Of a stretch of DNA of 64,000 bases, positions 10,420 to 22,350 are shown in pieces. The position numbers and the translations under genes are program-made. Numbering within the stretch: position 1 is the stretch's first letter; each line of letters starts with the position of its first letter. Source of the DNA: Lama guanicoe. Lineage: Eukaryota. The stretch is from assembly GCA_013239625.1 (NCBI GenBank), contig MU056303.1, positions 9,108,049-9,172,048 of the forward strand, in the 5' to 3' direction. The notes below the pieces were generated by a model. That model worked only from the letters and a program-made list of their open reading frames with translations, was not told the DNA's origin and searched no databases.

Positions 10420-11460
10420 TCAAATGAAAGGGCCTGGGGCAGAAATCCAGATGAAGTCCCACGCACCATATGTTTAAATATTTTCAAATTCTCCACCAAC
10501 CTAACAAATTGTTAAATAAAATAGGGCCCTCTCCTCTTACCTTGATGAATTTACCCCCATAACAACAACAACAACAAAAGACAAGAAATATTTGTTAAGC
10601 TAGGATTTTATAAGTGACCGAAAGTCAGAAAAATGTTAACGATGATTGAATATAATTATTATTGTCCTTATCTGGTGTTCTGTTGCTGGACCAGCAATGA
10701 CCAACAGTAAAGTCATACATGACTCATATTGTTACTTACTTATTCCACAAACTTTATTTTCCTTGCCTTCATGTCAGTAAAACCACTGTTGCTACAACTG
10801 AGATGTTTCCATGTTTTGGAATTTACTGACAGTAATCATATTAAAAAACAAAATATAATTATGTTAAAGGTTACAAAACTCTAATATATATTCAATAAAT
10901 AAAATTATAAATGTCAAAAAAATTGTGTTCATAATATGTTACAAAAAGTTATGTCTTCTAAAGCATTCAAAATGATCTATCCAAACTAAAAGACAAAAAA
11001 ATCAAATTATAGTTAAAAAATACCAAAGTTTAAATCAAAATTATTTAAGTAAAGCAGAGTTTTATTTCATTTTTTTGAAACTGTAATTACATCTTACCAT
11101 GACATATTTTATAAAAACAAATCTAGTCCCAATTCAATGTCCATCCAGTTGCCAATGAATAATTGGTATCCCATTTCACAATGTTACGTCTAGACCCACA
11201 CATACACAAATTTCAGAGTAGTTTTGTTTAAAATTGCAAAATGTCCTTCAGCTGCTATGCGCAACTGTTGGCAAATATTATACTAATCTGTGAATAAATC
11301 TGAAACCACAATTTAAACCTGAACAGGAACAAGAAATGAATACTAGGTACTATTAGAAAGTGATACTTTATTATGCAAAAATCTATTGCAACCACACTCT
11401 CTGAGAAAAGGATTTGACAAATTAATTGCTTTTATATTTACGTCGGTGCCCCCATCACTC
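10420..11460 (-). mobile_element. Zaphod/MER115-like hAT-Tip100 DNA transposon remnant
   Basis: End sequence gggcctggggcag...caccatatgtttaaatattt...tgttaaataaaata; minus strand 10740-10835 encodes LLSVNSKTWKHLSCSNSGFTDMKARKIKFVE*, like a hAT dimerisation-domain C-terminus. Confidence 0.75.
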
Positions 11461-11754
11461 ACATCCTCCTTGTTCACCTAAGCAGTGTCCTTCTCTAAAT
11501 CCTTCATGACACCACCCACATACCTTCCCAGCATTTAAAGACAGTTCCCTTCAGCTTTGAGACTTAGGGCAGGAGATGTGAATAAATATTTCCCTGGAGT
11601 TAGTCATGAAAACAAATGTTTAAGTTACATCTCATGCCCAGCCTGAGCATACCAAGGACCAGAAGCATTCATGTGTTCTTTAGCAAATTTGTTTTTGTTT
11701 GTTTGCATGTCATGCCCAGGACTCAGATCAGTAGTTTATGACCGGGATGTTCCA

Positions 11755-13170
11755 AAAAATAAAAAAAAAAAATTGAGTCCATGAAACAAGAACATGATAC
11801 TATCGAAAGGAGAATATTCAGAATACAACAAAGAACTCTTGAAAAGTAGAAGCCCAATAGCAAAAAAAAATTTAATTCAGCAAAAATATCGGGAAATAAT
11901 TTTGAGGAAAAGATACAAAAGTAGAACAAAGAGAGAAAGAGAGGGAAACTTGCTGAAATAAGTAAGAAAAATAGAGGATCGATCCAGGATATACAATGGC
12001 CAACCAACAGGAAAAGAAACTAGAGAAAAGAGCAACAATCATACCATAATAATAACAACAATAATAATAATTTCCAGGACTAACAAGGTGTATCATGTGA
12101 CATTTCTGAGTACCGGGGATAACATAAGAACCAAAAATGATGCGGAGAGTAAAAACGTGTTCATCTACAAAAGATGTAGCCACGTCATTAAAGTTCTTAT
12201 TAGCAACTCTGGTAGCTAGAAAGCAATGTAGCAGTAACATCGAAATGGGATAGAAAATTGATTTTAACCTAGAATTAAGGACCTAACCAAACTATCAATC
12301 AAGTGTGTGGGTAAAATAAAGACATTTTGGACATTCAATCCACCCCCCCAAATTGTCTTCCCAGGTACCTTTCTTGGGAAGCTGCTGGATGACCCACTCC
12401 CCCAAAGAAAAGAGTTAAGCAAGAAAGAGGAAGACATGGGATCCTGGTAACAGGGCTCCAGCACAGGGGAGAGATGGAGGACCCCATGGAAAGCAGTGAC
12501 AAGGAACCCAGGACGACATTTCTCCAGGAGGCAAGAGAGAAACCAGCCGGACTGGAACAGGAGAGGGAGGCTCCCTGGAGGAGGTCACCAAGAAGGGATG
12601 AAAGGAATAGAAAATATGAAATATTCAGAGGGGCTTTTCTGATCCATTACAGAGGAAAATTTGGGAGATTTAGTGATGGAGACATGTAAAATTTGGCAAA
12701 TTAAAAAGTGACAATAATTAATTCCAGGGGAAAAAATTAAAAGATATGTTTTTGAAAAAAAAAAGAAACAGTGCCCTGGCCTACTGAAACTCAGTTGTGA
12801 ATATTAATTATATAGTAATAGTAATGTAAACACTGAGAGAATGATTCAACTAAATCTTTGAAGAAAACCGTATTGGAAAAATGAGGGAATAATGGGAGAG
12901 AAATCGTGTCTGTGTGTGTGTGTGCGTGTGTGTAGAAGGTCAATATATCATTGAAAAAAGAAGAAATACTAATTTATAATCATGATACTGGGGGAAGGAA
13001 ACAAAGAAACAGGTGGAAGTGTTGAAAGTATCACTGTAAGGATGTGAGAATTGGAAATGGAGAGAAATTTGGCAAAGAACTGCTGTTTTTTCATTATCTA
13101 TCCAATATTATTTGTTGACTTTTAAACCATGTACATGATTTACTTTGATTAAATCCAACTAAAAATTAAG
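11755..13170 (+). mobile_element. HAL1 (half-L1) element
   Basis: ORF1-like A-rich region (aaactatcaatcaagtgtgtgggtaaaataaagacatttt), then HAL1-type aagaaagaggaagacatgggatcc..., ending gaactgctgttttttcatta...tactttgatt. Confidence 0.8.
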
Positions 13171-13199
13171 TTGCTTGGGAGGGAGTGTGTGGGATGAAG

Positions 13200-13815
13200 C
13201 TGTTTGCAACAGATTATGAAGGGATTCTAGAAAAGTGAGAGAGTGGGGTGACCAGAGGTGAAGAAGATTGCTTCTCAGCATGAAAATGTCCACTTTAGAG
13301 TGAACGCCATGATTTTAAGGTGAGACTACCGAGCATTAACTGTATCTCTTCCTCCAGCTACATTTCTGCAAGCTTAGGTGCAGGTGTTAAGCAGAAGAGT
13401 TGGATTTAATCAGGATTGCAATGTGGTCAAGAGAATTTGACAAAGTAAAAGTAGGAAGGGAATCAAGGTATTTGGAAAGATTACAATCATTGAATATGCA
13501 CCTTAAGATAGGTGAAGAGGGGATGAGGATCAAGGGAATGAGAGGCAGAGAAAACATGGTAGGACCAATGGATTGGAGGTCCTGATGGGACAGAAAGATT
13601 TCTTGGTGTTGGGCTAAAGAATAGTGGTGTTGGGGGGAGCGTGGGATTGAAAGCAAAGAGATGTCGCCATTATTGGTGATGACAAGGTTGAAAATATAAG
13701 TAGGGGACTGAGTGGCTGAGGATGGATAAAGGACAAGATACAGAAGAAAAGAACTCAAGGAAGTGAGGGATGAGGACTCACTTTGGATAAGTGACCACAA
13801 GTAGTAAGGAGACAA
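13200..13815 (-). mobile_element. L2 ORF2 fragment
   Basis: ORF 13387-13815 reads LVLYPSSATQS..IFNLVITNN...HQDLQSIGPTMFSL, homologous to the L2 endonuclease-linker region. Confidence 0.85.
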
Positions 13816-15399
13816 AAGTAGGGTTAATTGTTCACATCATAATAACGGGTGTCACCTTCAAATTTTATGCCTGTGATCTTTAGGCACCTAAGTTTACAAA
13901 TTCAGGGCTAAAAGAGCTGTTTTGCTTAGTCTACAATAAACACTGTAGCACGTCTAGGGGACAGAAGTGGAGTGTATTTTGAAAGTCCTTGCAGACAATG
14001 ACAAAAATGTCTTCAGTTCAGAGGTTCTTTGATGGTTTCTAATGTCCTAAAGAATAAGACATTGAGTTGCTATCGTTTGTTCATTTCAAGGGACCATTGA
14101 TTAAGTTCTATTGTGTATCCACTCCTTCCTGCACCCAAAATTGGCCAAGCCCACCCACAGTACCCGTTGTTAGGACATGAACACCTCGTGCCATGTGCTG
14201 TCTTCCGCACTCATTCAGACTCACCTGGGTTTCTTTACTCCTTTCCCTTGGCTGTCCAATCTTGTGTTTCTGTACCTGAGATCCTAATTGCCATTTCGGG
14301 TTCTTCTATCCAGGCCACTATCTTGTGACTCTACAGTGTACTTCTATCTATCTTGATTCTGAACCTGAACTGTGACCTACCTCCTATTCTGGAACACCCT
14401 CAGTTTCAGATAATACATTCCTACTGCCCTTCGTAGTCCTACGGGTGGGCCAGGACACTCATCACATGAATCACAGCAACAGTGAGTTCACAACCTGTCC
14501 CAGATCCTTATCTTCTCTTCACATTCTCAATAGACAAGGAAGATGTGTTGAAAACATAGTAACTAAGGGGTATATACAGTTCCACTGGATTTTAATTCCA
14601 TAGCAGCATCTTCTCTTCTGGGGATGAAGATGCAGACGAATGATCCAATCTTCTTGCCCCCAGGATATGCATTCATGTTCCACGTCTCCAGCCCCAAATA
14701 TAGTCCATTGCTTTTCACCAAACAGTGTGTACCGGTCATCTAGCAGGGACCTGGCACCATGTTACAAAATTCAACAGGATGTGGTCAAGCTTTCCACTAA
14801 TCCTTTAATACTTAAAAGATTACAAATCAGTTTTAGCACTGATTTCCTTTGCTTTAGAATTGAAGTCTTTGTCCACTAAAACAAAGAATAACTTTTTCTA
14901 CATACCCTAATTTGATTGAAGTAATGAAAAATTCAATCGGATCAAAAAATTCAATCCAATCAAAACTTTACTGTCAATGATCGCAAAATCTTTCTACCAT
15001 TTTCCTATTAGCTAAGGAATATATACAGCCTAAAAATAAAGTTTGAACAATTATTTTAATGTTGAATTTATAGTTTTTTTCCTGGTCTTTTAAATTATTT
15101 TTTCCAAGGAAACAGGATTTACCCAATTAATAGGCTCTTTTTAAATCTTTCATTGGTTTAACTTTTCATGTATCTGATATCCCCAGCTAGGACAGGGACA
15201 GTTCCTAATCCTCCGTTAAATCACTTACAACTCCCAACCTCATGCTGGATACACAGAATGACCCTCATACACATGTGTCTGGGGATTTGGGCAAAGGGGA
15301 GGGTGCTTTGTTTTGTCTTCTTTGCAGTAGTGTACTCTTTAAGAAAGGTACGGAGAATATTTGTCTTCTTTAAAAGTTGCATGACTTCTCTAGTTACTA

Positions 15400-15655
15400 C
15401 ACTATAGTTACGTAAGAGAATAGCCTTGCTCTTAGAAAATGCACACTGAAGGATTTAGAAATAAATGTCACAGTGTCTCCAACTTACTTTCAAAAGTTCA
15501 GGGGATAAAAGCATAAAAAATACACATGGGGAGAGAGGGAGGGAGAAGTGGTAAAGCAAAAAAGGAAATTGCCAACAGTTGGTGAATCGGTGAAGCAAGG
15601 TGTATATTCTTGCAATGCTGCTGAAATTTGGAAATTATATGAAAATTAAAAGTCA
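15400..15655 (+). mobile_element. L1MC4/5-like 3' end
   Basis: gtaagagaatagccttgctcttagaaaatgcacactgaag...caacttactttcaaa...ttggtgaatc...tattcttgcaa. Confidence 0.75.
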
Positions 15656-16499
15656 CCCTAAAAAGCCAATATCTAGAAAGAAGTAAACCCAAGAGTGAAA
15701 AGGTCTATCTTGCTGCGCAATAGAAAGCAGGAGGGGAAATTATTTTGAGTGCTGAGTCCCAGGTGATGGATAAGGTGGGAAGCTCACCGATGTTTCAGCA
15801 AGAAAGAGCCCCGATGGTAAAGGAATTTTCGCTTCTGCTGGGCTGGGTCTGGCCCTCAGGCAACGCATCAGTCAGACTTTGGGGACCTCTGGGAAAATCT
15901 CAGCACACATGTTTGAGCCCTCTCTAGGACTGCTTCTGGAAGCCCTGCCCTGAGACAGGTACACCCTTGAGACCCTGTCCTATGGAAAAGAAAGTCAGTG
16001 GAACAATGAGTTATAATTACAAGGGAGACTAGAAGGCTGAGAGGCTGAGAAACAGCTGACATCTCTTCACTTCTGAAAGTAATTCAAGGTTAGCTCCCAA
16101 ATGCTAGAAGGGCCCCTGAAACCTCAACTACTGCCTTCTCTCCCCCGGGATAAGTCATCACCAAATGCCAAAGTGCATCAGCTGATGCCCTGCAGCTCCT
16201 GTGTGCTGATGGGAATTTGCAAGGCGGAGACCAGCCTCTGGGCACACTCTGCAAAGCATCCTGCCATCCTGGCTCCCTGCTGATGCAAAGGGCTGGGCTC
16301 CTCTGCAGTGACCTGAGAAGCCCAGGGGGGGCTTACTGTACACGGGCAAGAAGTTAAGCCAAGAAGCTTCGAGGGGATGAACAGATGCTCAGGGAACGCA
16401 GGGGAGTGCCGAGGCCTGATCACAATTGAAATGTCTGAGTCAAAAGTCAAGAAGTCATTCACATGCCAAGGGCCATTTCCTCCATCTCGCCCCCACCCC

Positions 16500-16810
16500 G
16501 CTACGCTGGAAGTCAATTCTCCACAGTCCGTGGTGAGTCAGGCGTGAGTACTTTGATTACGCCTCAGCTGATGTCATTCAAGAAAGCAGGGGGGTCATCC
16601 ACTGCATCAGAGGAAGAGACATTTGACTGAGACAGGTCCACCCTTCAGCCCTCTGGGGAGCCTGACATTTCCAGGACACAGAAAACAAACTTCCTTTTCA
16701 GAGGAAATATGCTTTCAGTGTGGGAAAAAAAAAGACAGAGACCCAGAGAGGGTCAGTACGTGCTCGCCCTTGGCTGAATGCCCACAATCAGGGAAATTTC
16801 TGTCCTTTCA
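16500..16810. promoter_or_regulatory. Candidate inducible enhancer
   Basis: AP-1 TGAGTCA 16534-16540, E-box CAGCTG 16565-16570, ATF-like TGATGTCA 16569-16576, PU.1-like ACTTCCTTTT 16689-16698, HRE TACGTG 16757-16762, kB-like GGGAAATTTC 16791-16800. Confidence 0.45.
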
Positions 16811-17099
16811 GAAAAGGTGAAAGCATCAAAATGTCCTCTGGTTCAACTGCAGATCCAAGTCACTGCACGTACGCAGAGAAAAACTCAATCTTGACTCAAC
16901 AGAGCAGGCTGTGCCAAGTAATGTTCCAACTCTGTTTCATCGGAGTCCTTTTCTCTCTCAAGAGTGAACACTCTTTGTACGTGTAATGGGTGTCTGTTCA
17001 GAGGCTCCCAGGATTTGGCACCTGAGCCGTCCTTTGTAGGGGAAAGAGAGGCTTCAAGAGACAATAGGGCCAATAACATAAGCTCCTGTTGCTGTCACA

Positions 17100-17546
17100 G
17101 CTAACCCTGAGTGCTCTGTCCTGCCATTTACTCTACATAGATTATCTCATTGCAGCCTTGACAATCTTGTAATGTAGGTACTATTCTTTCCTCCACTTTA
17201 TAAATGAGGAAACTGAGACACTGATAGACTGAATAGTTTACCCAAAAGCACACAGCAAATGAGAGGAGGAGCCAGGGTTTGAACCCAGCCAGTCTAGACC
17301 CATGCTGTCCAATAGAACTTCCTGCAATGTTTGAAGTATTCTTTATTGCACTGTTCAACATGGTAGCCACAAGCCATACGTGGTTACTGAGCACTTGAGA
17401 TGTACCTAGTGCTACTGAAGAAGTAAATTTTAAATTGTCATTTACTTTTAATTAAGCTACATTTCAATAGCCACATGTTAGTGGCTACCATATTAGACAG
17501 GGCTGATCTGGACCAACTCAAAACCAATGTACTTAACCGTGTGCTA
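17100..17546 (-). mobile_element. MIR interrupted by MER3
   Basis: aaatgaggaaactgagaca...tttgaacccag before the MER3; gtacttaaccgtgtgcta after it. Confidence 0.85.
17300..17505 (+). mobile_element. MER3 (hAT-Charlie MITE)
   Basis: tgctgtccaatagaactt...gtagccacaagcca...aatagccacatgttagtggctaccatattagacag; 8-bp TSD-like gtctagac 17292-17299 / atctggac 17506-17513. Confidence 0.9.
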
Positions 17547-17959
17547 GATAACAATATGGAGGAGTGAACGTCACTCTATTTTAATTCACGGGAAACCAAG
17601 TTACAGTGAGCATCAGCATCATCCTTGAAGGGGAAGAGTGTGGTCCTGTGTCTGTAGGGAGTGTATGGGGGAAGGGCATGGGCTGCAGGTGCCAGGAAGA
17701 GAATGCAGGCATGCCCTGTGCTCTCATCCAGGCACTGAAGACAAGTGTCTTTGGATGTGGTAAAGGCAAGTGTCTCACCAACCTAGCTATCTCCACCGGT
17801 CACCCTTGTCCCCATCCAACCACCAACAGCCTTCCTACAAGTCTGGCTTCTGGTCCTGGAGCAGGGTCAGCTGGTCCTGGGAGCATGGGTCCCCAGGATG
17901 CTCCTCTTTGTGATGGCACTGTGTTCAACACCAAGGAAGATGCCAGAGAAAGATCTACA

Positions 17960-18280
17960 CTGGTCACCTGCTCTCTATTAGCTCATGCTCCAGAAGGCAG
18001 AGACTGACAAGCCTGACTGAGCTCGTCAAGGTACAATGCAAGATGGTGTGTGAGTGGGCACAGAATGGATTTCAGGGGAGGGGATAAAAGAGGATAGTAA
18101 ATTTGGGCTGGATGAACAGCTAAAGGTGGTATTTTGGAGGAAGAGGGACTTGAGCTGGGTTGCAAAAAGGTGGGTGAACTTAGAATGTCCAAGAGGAGGG
18201 GAAATGACATTTGAGGTGGGGGGGGTCCATGAGCACAGAGACCAAGGTGAGTGAGCGCAGGTGTGGTGAGGGGCTGTCTC
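17960..18280 (-). mobile_element. L2 fragment
   Basis: ggaggaagagggacttgagctggg...gacatttgagg antisense L2 3' pattern. Confidence 0.55.
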
Positions 18281-19714
18281 TAAAGAGAGCAGCAGTGCAG
18301 GGTAAGTTTTCCAGATGGAGTAGTGGTCAACTTTCTGACTCCTCCCCTCCTCACCTCAACATTGGGAGCTCTGTTAAAAACATCTTTGTTCTCAAAGAGC
18401 CAGAAGAGAAGCTGGGAGATTATTTAAGCTGCCAGTTGGCCCCAACCTGCAGAATTTATTTAAATATATAGATTTAAAGTGCCACCCCTAAGGATCCCAT
18501 GGGATTAGGGTGTGGACACAGGGGTCAGTTTTGTTTGGTTTTGTTTTATTTTGTTAACTGGTGACTGAGATCATCTTGATGCTTCTGAGCCCTCAAGGAT
18601 GTTTGAGATTCACAGATTCCAGCCACTCCCTGTTCCAGGCAAGCCCGCACTCAATTGTCAGACGTGAAGGAGGATTTACCCCATTTTCAAAGCTGTCCAG
18701 GGAGCATTACCCAGACTCCCTGGGGAAGCCCTTCTGAGAGTTTATAAGCCTACCCGAGGAGGAGGACCAGTGAGGGGCAGGGGGAAGGAGGGTCTGGAAA
18801 AAAAGCAGCAGCAACTTCAAGGGGCCACATTGGAATGAAAGATTTCCTTGAAGAAATTGTTGCTCTGATTCCTTCATTTTACAGTGGCTTAGTGAGGAGA
18901 ATGACTCGTCCAAGGTCACGCAGCCGTAAGGCCATGAACAGCAGGTGAACACAGATGCCCATCCTCCCAGCCAGTGATCCCTGATGCCTCTCATCAGCCC
19001 CACCCTGGACAGAGCAGATGTCTCCCCCCAGCATTGACTCCATTGTGCCAGTCAAAATAGAAGGCAAAACCCTTCCTATGGACCGTTTCATGCTATTTTC
19101 ATTAAACCATTTCACTTGACCAGCAGTTCTTTATTAAAAAGCAGGCACTTATCTTTGGAGGGCCATGTCCTTTGATATTATCTCAGTATTTTCCAAAGTC
19201 TCAAGGAGATCCAGGGGAAGATAAACATCTGCCAACAAGATAAATGTTAGCGTTTATTAAGAGGGAAAAAATACGAAGCCCCTGAGTCTTTGCTGCCCCT
19301 GTGGGAGGAGAACATAAGTGAGCCTTGTTTTCACTCTGAATTTCCTCCTGGTGAACACAGGGTCATTTTTGGTATCCCAGCCAAGCCAACACTTTTCCCT
19401 TTCTCTCTTTTTAAACAATCCCTCCTCCCGATTCCACCTTTCACCCCCTCTCCCCAGCTCTGGTGTCTCTCTGTGTCCATCAGAGATGGATAAGATGCAA
19501 AGGCATCACTCCCCTCTCCGCTTTTGGTCGACACCATCTTGTGCACATCTAGTGTGGTGGGCATCTCTCAGAGTCCAGACGCCTTGGAAAGATAGAAAAT
19601 GCAGACCCCAGACATCTCCACGCACGATAATGACGTTTTCCGTTCTCCTGGGAGTCGCCATGTGTTATTTCCCAGTTGTGCCTCCCACGCCCACATATAC
19701 ACCCAATTGCAACC

Positions 19715-20130
19715 ACTTTATAGGATGGAAAGGACCATGGAGGTTTGGAATTTTAAAGAGCATTCCATTCATCTGCCCCATCCTTGGAGAAACGTGAAGA
19801 AAGGAGGGTCAGGAATTTTAAGTGATCTGTTAAAGGTCACACTGCTATTTAGTGGCAGATCAAGAACCAAGCGCAGGTCTCCTGAGGTTTTCCAAGGAGC
19901 GATTTGTTCCCTATTATCACTCGGGAACACTGCATTAGGGTTTTGGCCCTGACTCTGCAGTCGACTTCCTGTGTTCCTGAGGCTCTACATGCTTCACTTC
20001 CTTTGTCTGGAAAATCAGGATTAAAATATCTATTCCACACAACTCACAGAGATGCTAAGAAAATCAAATGACACCGTGAAATTGAAAATGTTCTAGAAAG
20101 TGAGAAGTATTAATTTCTAATTTTTATTAT
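19715..20130. mobile_element. Two adjacent MIR fragments in opposite orientations
   Basis: taagtgatctgttaaaggtcacactgctatttagtggcaga (minus), then cttcacttcctttgtctggaaaatcagga...aaaatcaaatga (plus). Confidence 0.6.
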
Positions 20131-21343
20131 ACTTTCCCCATTTCAGACGTATCTTCTAACAACCTCCCAAAAAGGGAAGTGATTTTTTTTAACGTACTTA
20201 AAAAATAACCTCTTAGAAAGACACTGAGGCAGGAAGACATGTGCAAAGTCCATCTCGCAGATTTATTGGGGTTTTTTTTTTTTTAATCTGATGGAAATGC
20301 CCAGGTTGTGACCATGTGGATCATCAGTCACAACTGGGCTTTTTCTATTAAAAAAAAAATCACCTTAACATACAAGAGGAACTGAAAACTCATTCCTCAC
20401 TTTCAAGCTGATTTCAAGTTTGTGATAAAACACGAGAGAAACAAAGGAGAATGTTCTCCATGTCACACTCTTCGCTCCAGAAATGGAGGCCCAGGCATTT
20501 CTGATGTTGTTCTGTTTTTTTCCTTCCTTTTCATTCTGTAGAAAATGACTACAATCAAAAAGTAAAGATCCCTGAGAGTCATTCTGATGGGCGTGGGGGC
20601 CAGGGGCAGGGCTAGAAGACAGAGTACAGGCTGTTCCAAATGGCACGCGAGGTACATTGAACTGGCGGTCCTAACCCTGCGTTCCTGCGCCCGCTCCCAG
20701 ACCAACCCCAGCCTCACAGCAGCAGCGTGGTTGATGCTTTTTAATAAATAAATACTTCTGGAGGCATTTACTAGAGCCAGGGCATGTGACCCATTTGTTT
20801 GGAGCCAGAGTTTTATGTAGTATTTTATTATTTTCCTTTGTAAGATTTTTTTTTCCCCCTGGGAGAAGAGTACTCATTAATTTCAAACATAGCCCTTAGG
20901 TATTTTGAAATCGTCTTCTCATATTGGCTGTCACGTAACCTAAGTGCGAACACCAATCTTTTTCTGAAAGCAAATGTTGGTGAATACTAAAATCGAATTG
21001 GTTCCTCGGTGAGGCATACTCCAACACCATCCTGGAGGCTCTGGGTTCTTGGGTGACGATATCACAGAAATAGGTTGGCACTGAGGCCCCCTAGGACAGT
21101 TCTCCCAAATCTAGTTCTCTCCAGAGGGCCCAGATTCTCCATGCTTGTAAACTAGGGTTTGTCTTATGTGGATCTGTATCTAGCTACTGGGTTACTGAGG
21201 GTTAGGGTTAGGGTAAGACATGGCAAGTAACCTGAAGACAGTCAGTCCATTCCTATAGCGTCTGAAGAGCCCAGGACAGTAACTTTTACAGAGTGCATAT
21301 GTTCAGTAAATAACATGAGCTAACACATATTGAAAGCTCACTC

Positions 21344-21810
21344 TGGAGACTCCAGGTGCTTGGGTGATAATGTCATAGAAAGAGGTTGACATTGGGACCC
21401 CCGGTGCAGTTCTTCCAGGAAAGGACCCAGAGGGTCTAAAAAAAATAAATAAATAAAGGAAACAAGTGAACTTATTTACAAAACAGAAACAGACTCACAG
21501 ACAGAAAACAAAATTATGGTTCCCAGAGGGGAAAGGGGGAGGGGTGGAGGACTAAATTGAGAATTCGGGATTTGCAGGTACTAATGATGATAATATAAAA
21601 TAGATAAACAAGAAGGTCCTACTGTAGAGCACAGGGGACTATATCCAGTACCTAGTAATGGCCTATCATGAAAAAGAAGATGAAAAGGAATATATACATA
21701 TATATATGTATGTATCTATATAAATGAACCACTATGCTATTACACCAGAAATTAACACAACATTGTAAATCACCTATACTTCAATAAAAAATAATTAAAC
21801 AAAAAAATAA
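21344..21810 (+). mobile_element. Young L1 3' UTR insertion with ~90 bp non-L1 5' segment, inside a MIR
   Basis: L1 3' UTR from ~21433 (gaacttatttacaaaacagaaacagactcacagac...cacctatacttcaataaaaa); TSD gaaagctcactc 21332-21343 / gaacgctcactc 21811-21822. Confidence 0.85.
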
Positions 21811-21822
21811 GAACGCTCACTC

Positions 21823-22040
21823 CACATTAGGCACAGTTACAAGGGCGTTCCGTCTGTTATCTAATCTCCCTCAACACGTCAGTGACAGAGTCACCACTGA
21901 TATTTCCACTTTATAGATGAGAACCTGAGACACAGGGGTTAAGTAAATTGCTCATAAGTGGTGGATCGGACATACACACCCTAGCAGCCAGACTTCCAAG
22001 TCTGGAGAAAGCACGTTTGTCTTCCAACTGCTACACTCCA
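21823..22040 (-). mobile_element. MIR (continues the piece at ~21310-21343)
   Basis: ccactttatagatgagaacctgagacacaggggttaagtaaattgctc. Confidence 0.8.
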
Positions 22041-22140
22041 CCACCTCCCAGTCAACAAAAGACATCCCCCTTCAGATGAGACATTATACAACCTTCAAAG
22101 AGTCGGCTTCTCTGGGATGACTTTGCAAAGTTGGTTGGTG

Positions 22141-22350
22141 TGTAGATCAGACTAAGTTAGGTTATGTCCCAATAACAAAAATGCCTCTGAAATCTCAGTG
22201 GCTTAACACAACCAGAATTTCTCCTTGTGACTTTTGTTCAGCTCTGCCAAGAGCCCCTTGACCAGATCTATTCATGTATCCCCAGCCTGACTCCTGGGAG
22301 ATGTAGGGGAGCACGTGGAATATTTGGTGAGCAATGACCATGGCCACCAC
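22141..22350 (-). mobile_element. MLT1 (MaLR) LTR remnant, internally deleted
   Basis: taggttatg...aataacaaa...aaatctcagtggcttaacacaac start and ggaatatttggtgagc...ccac end. Confidence 0.7.
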
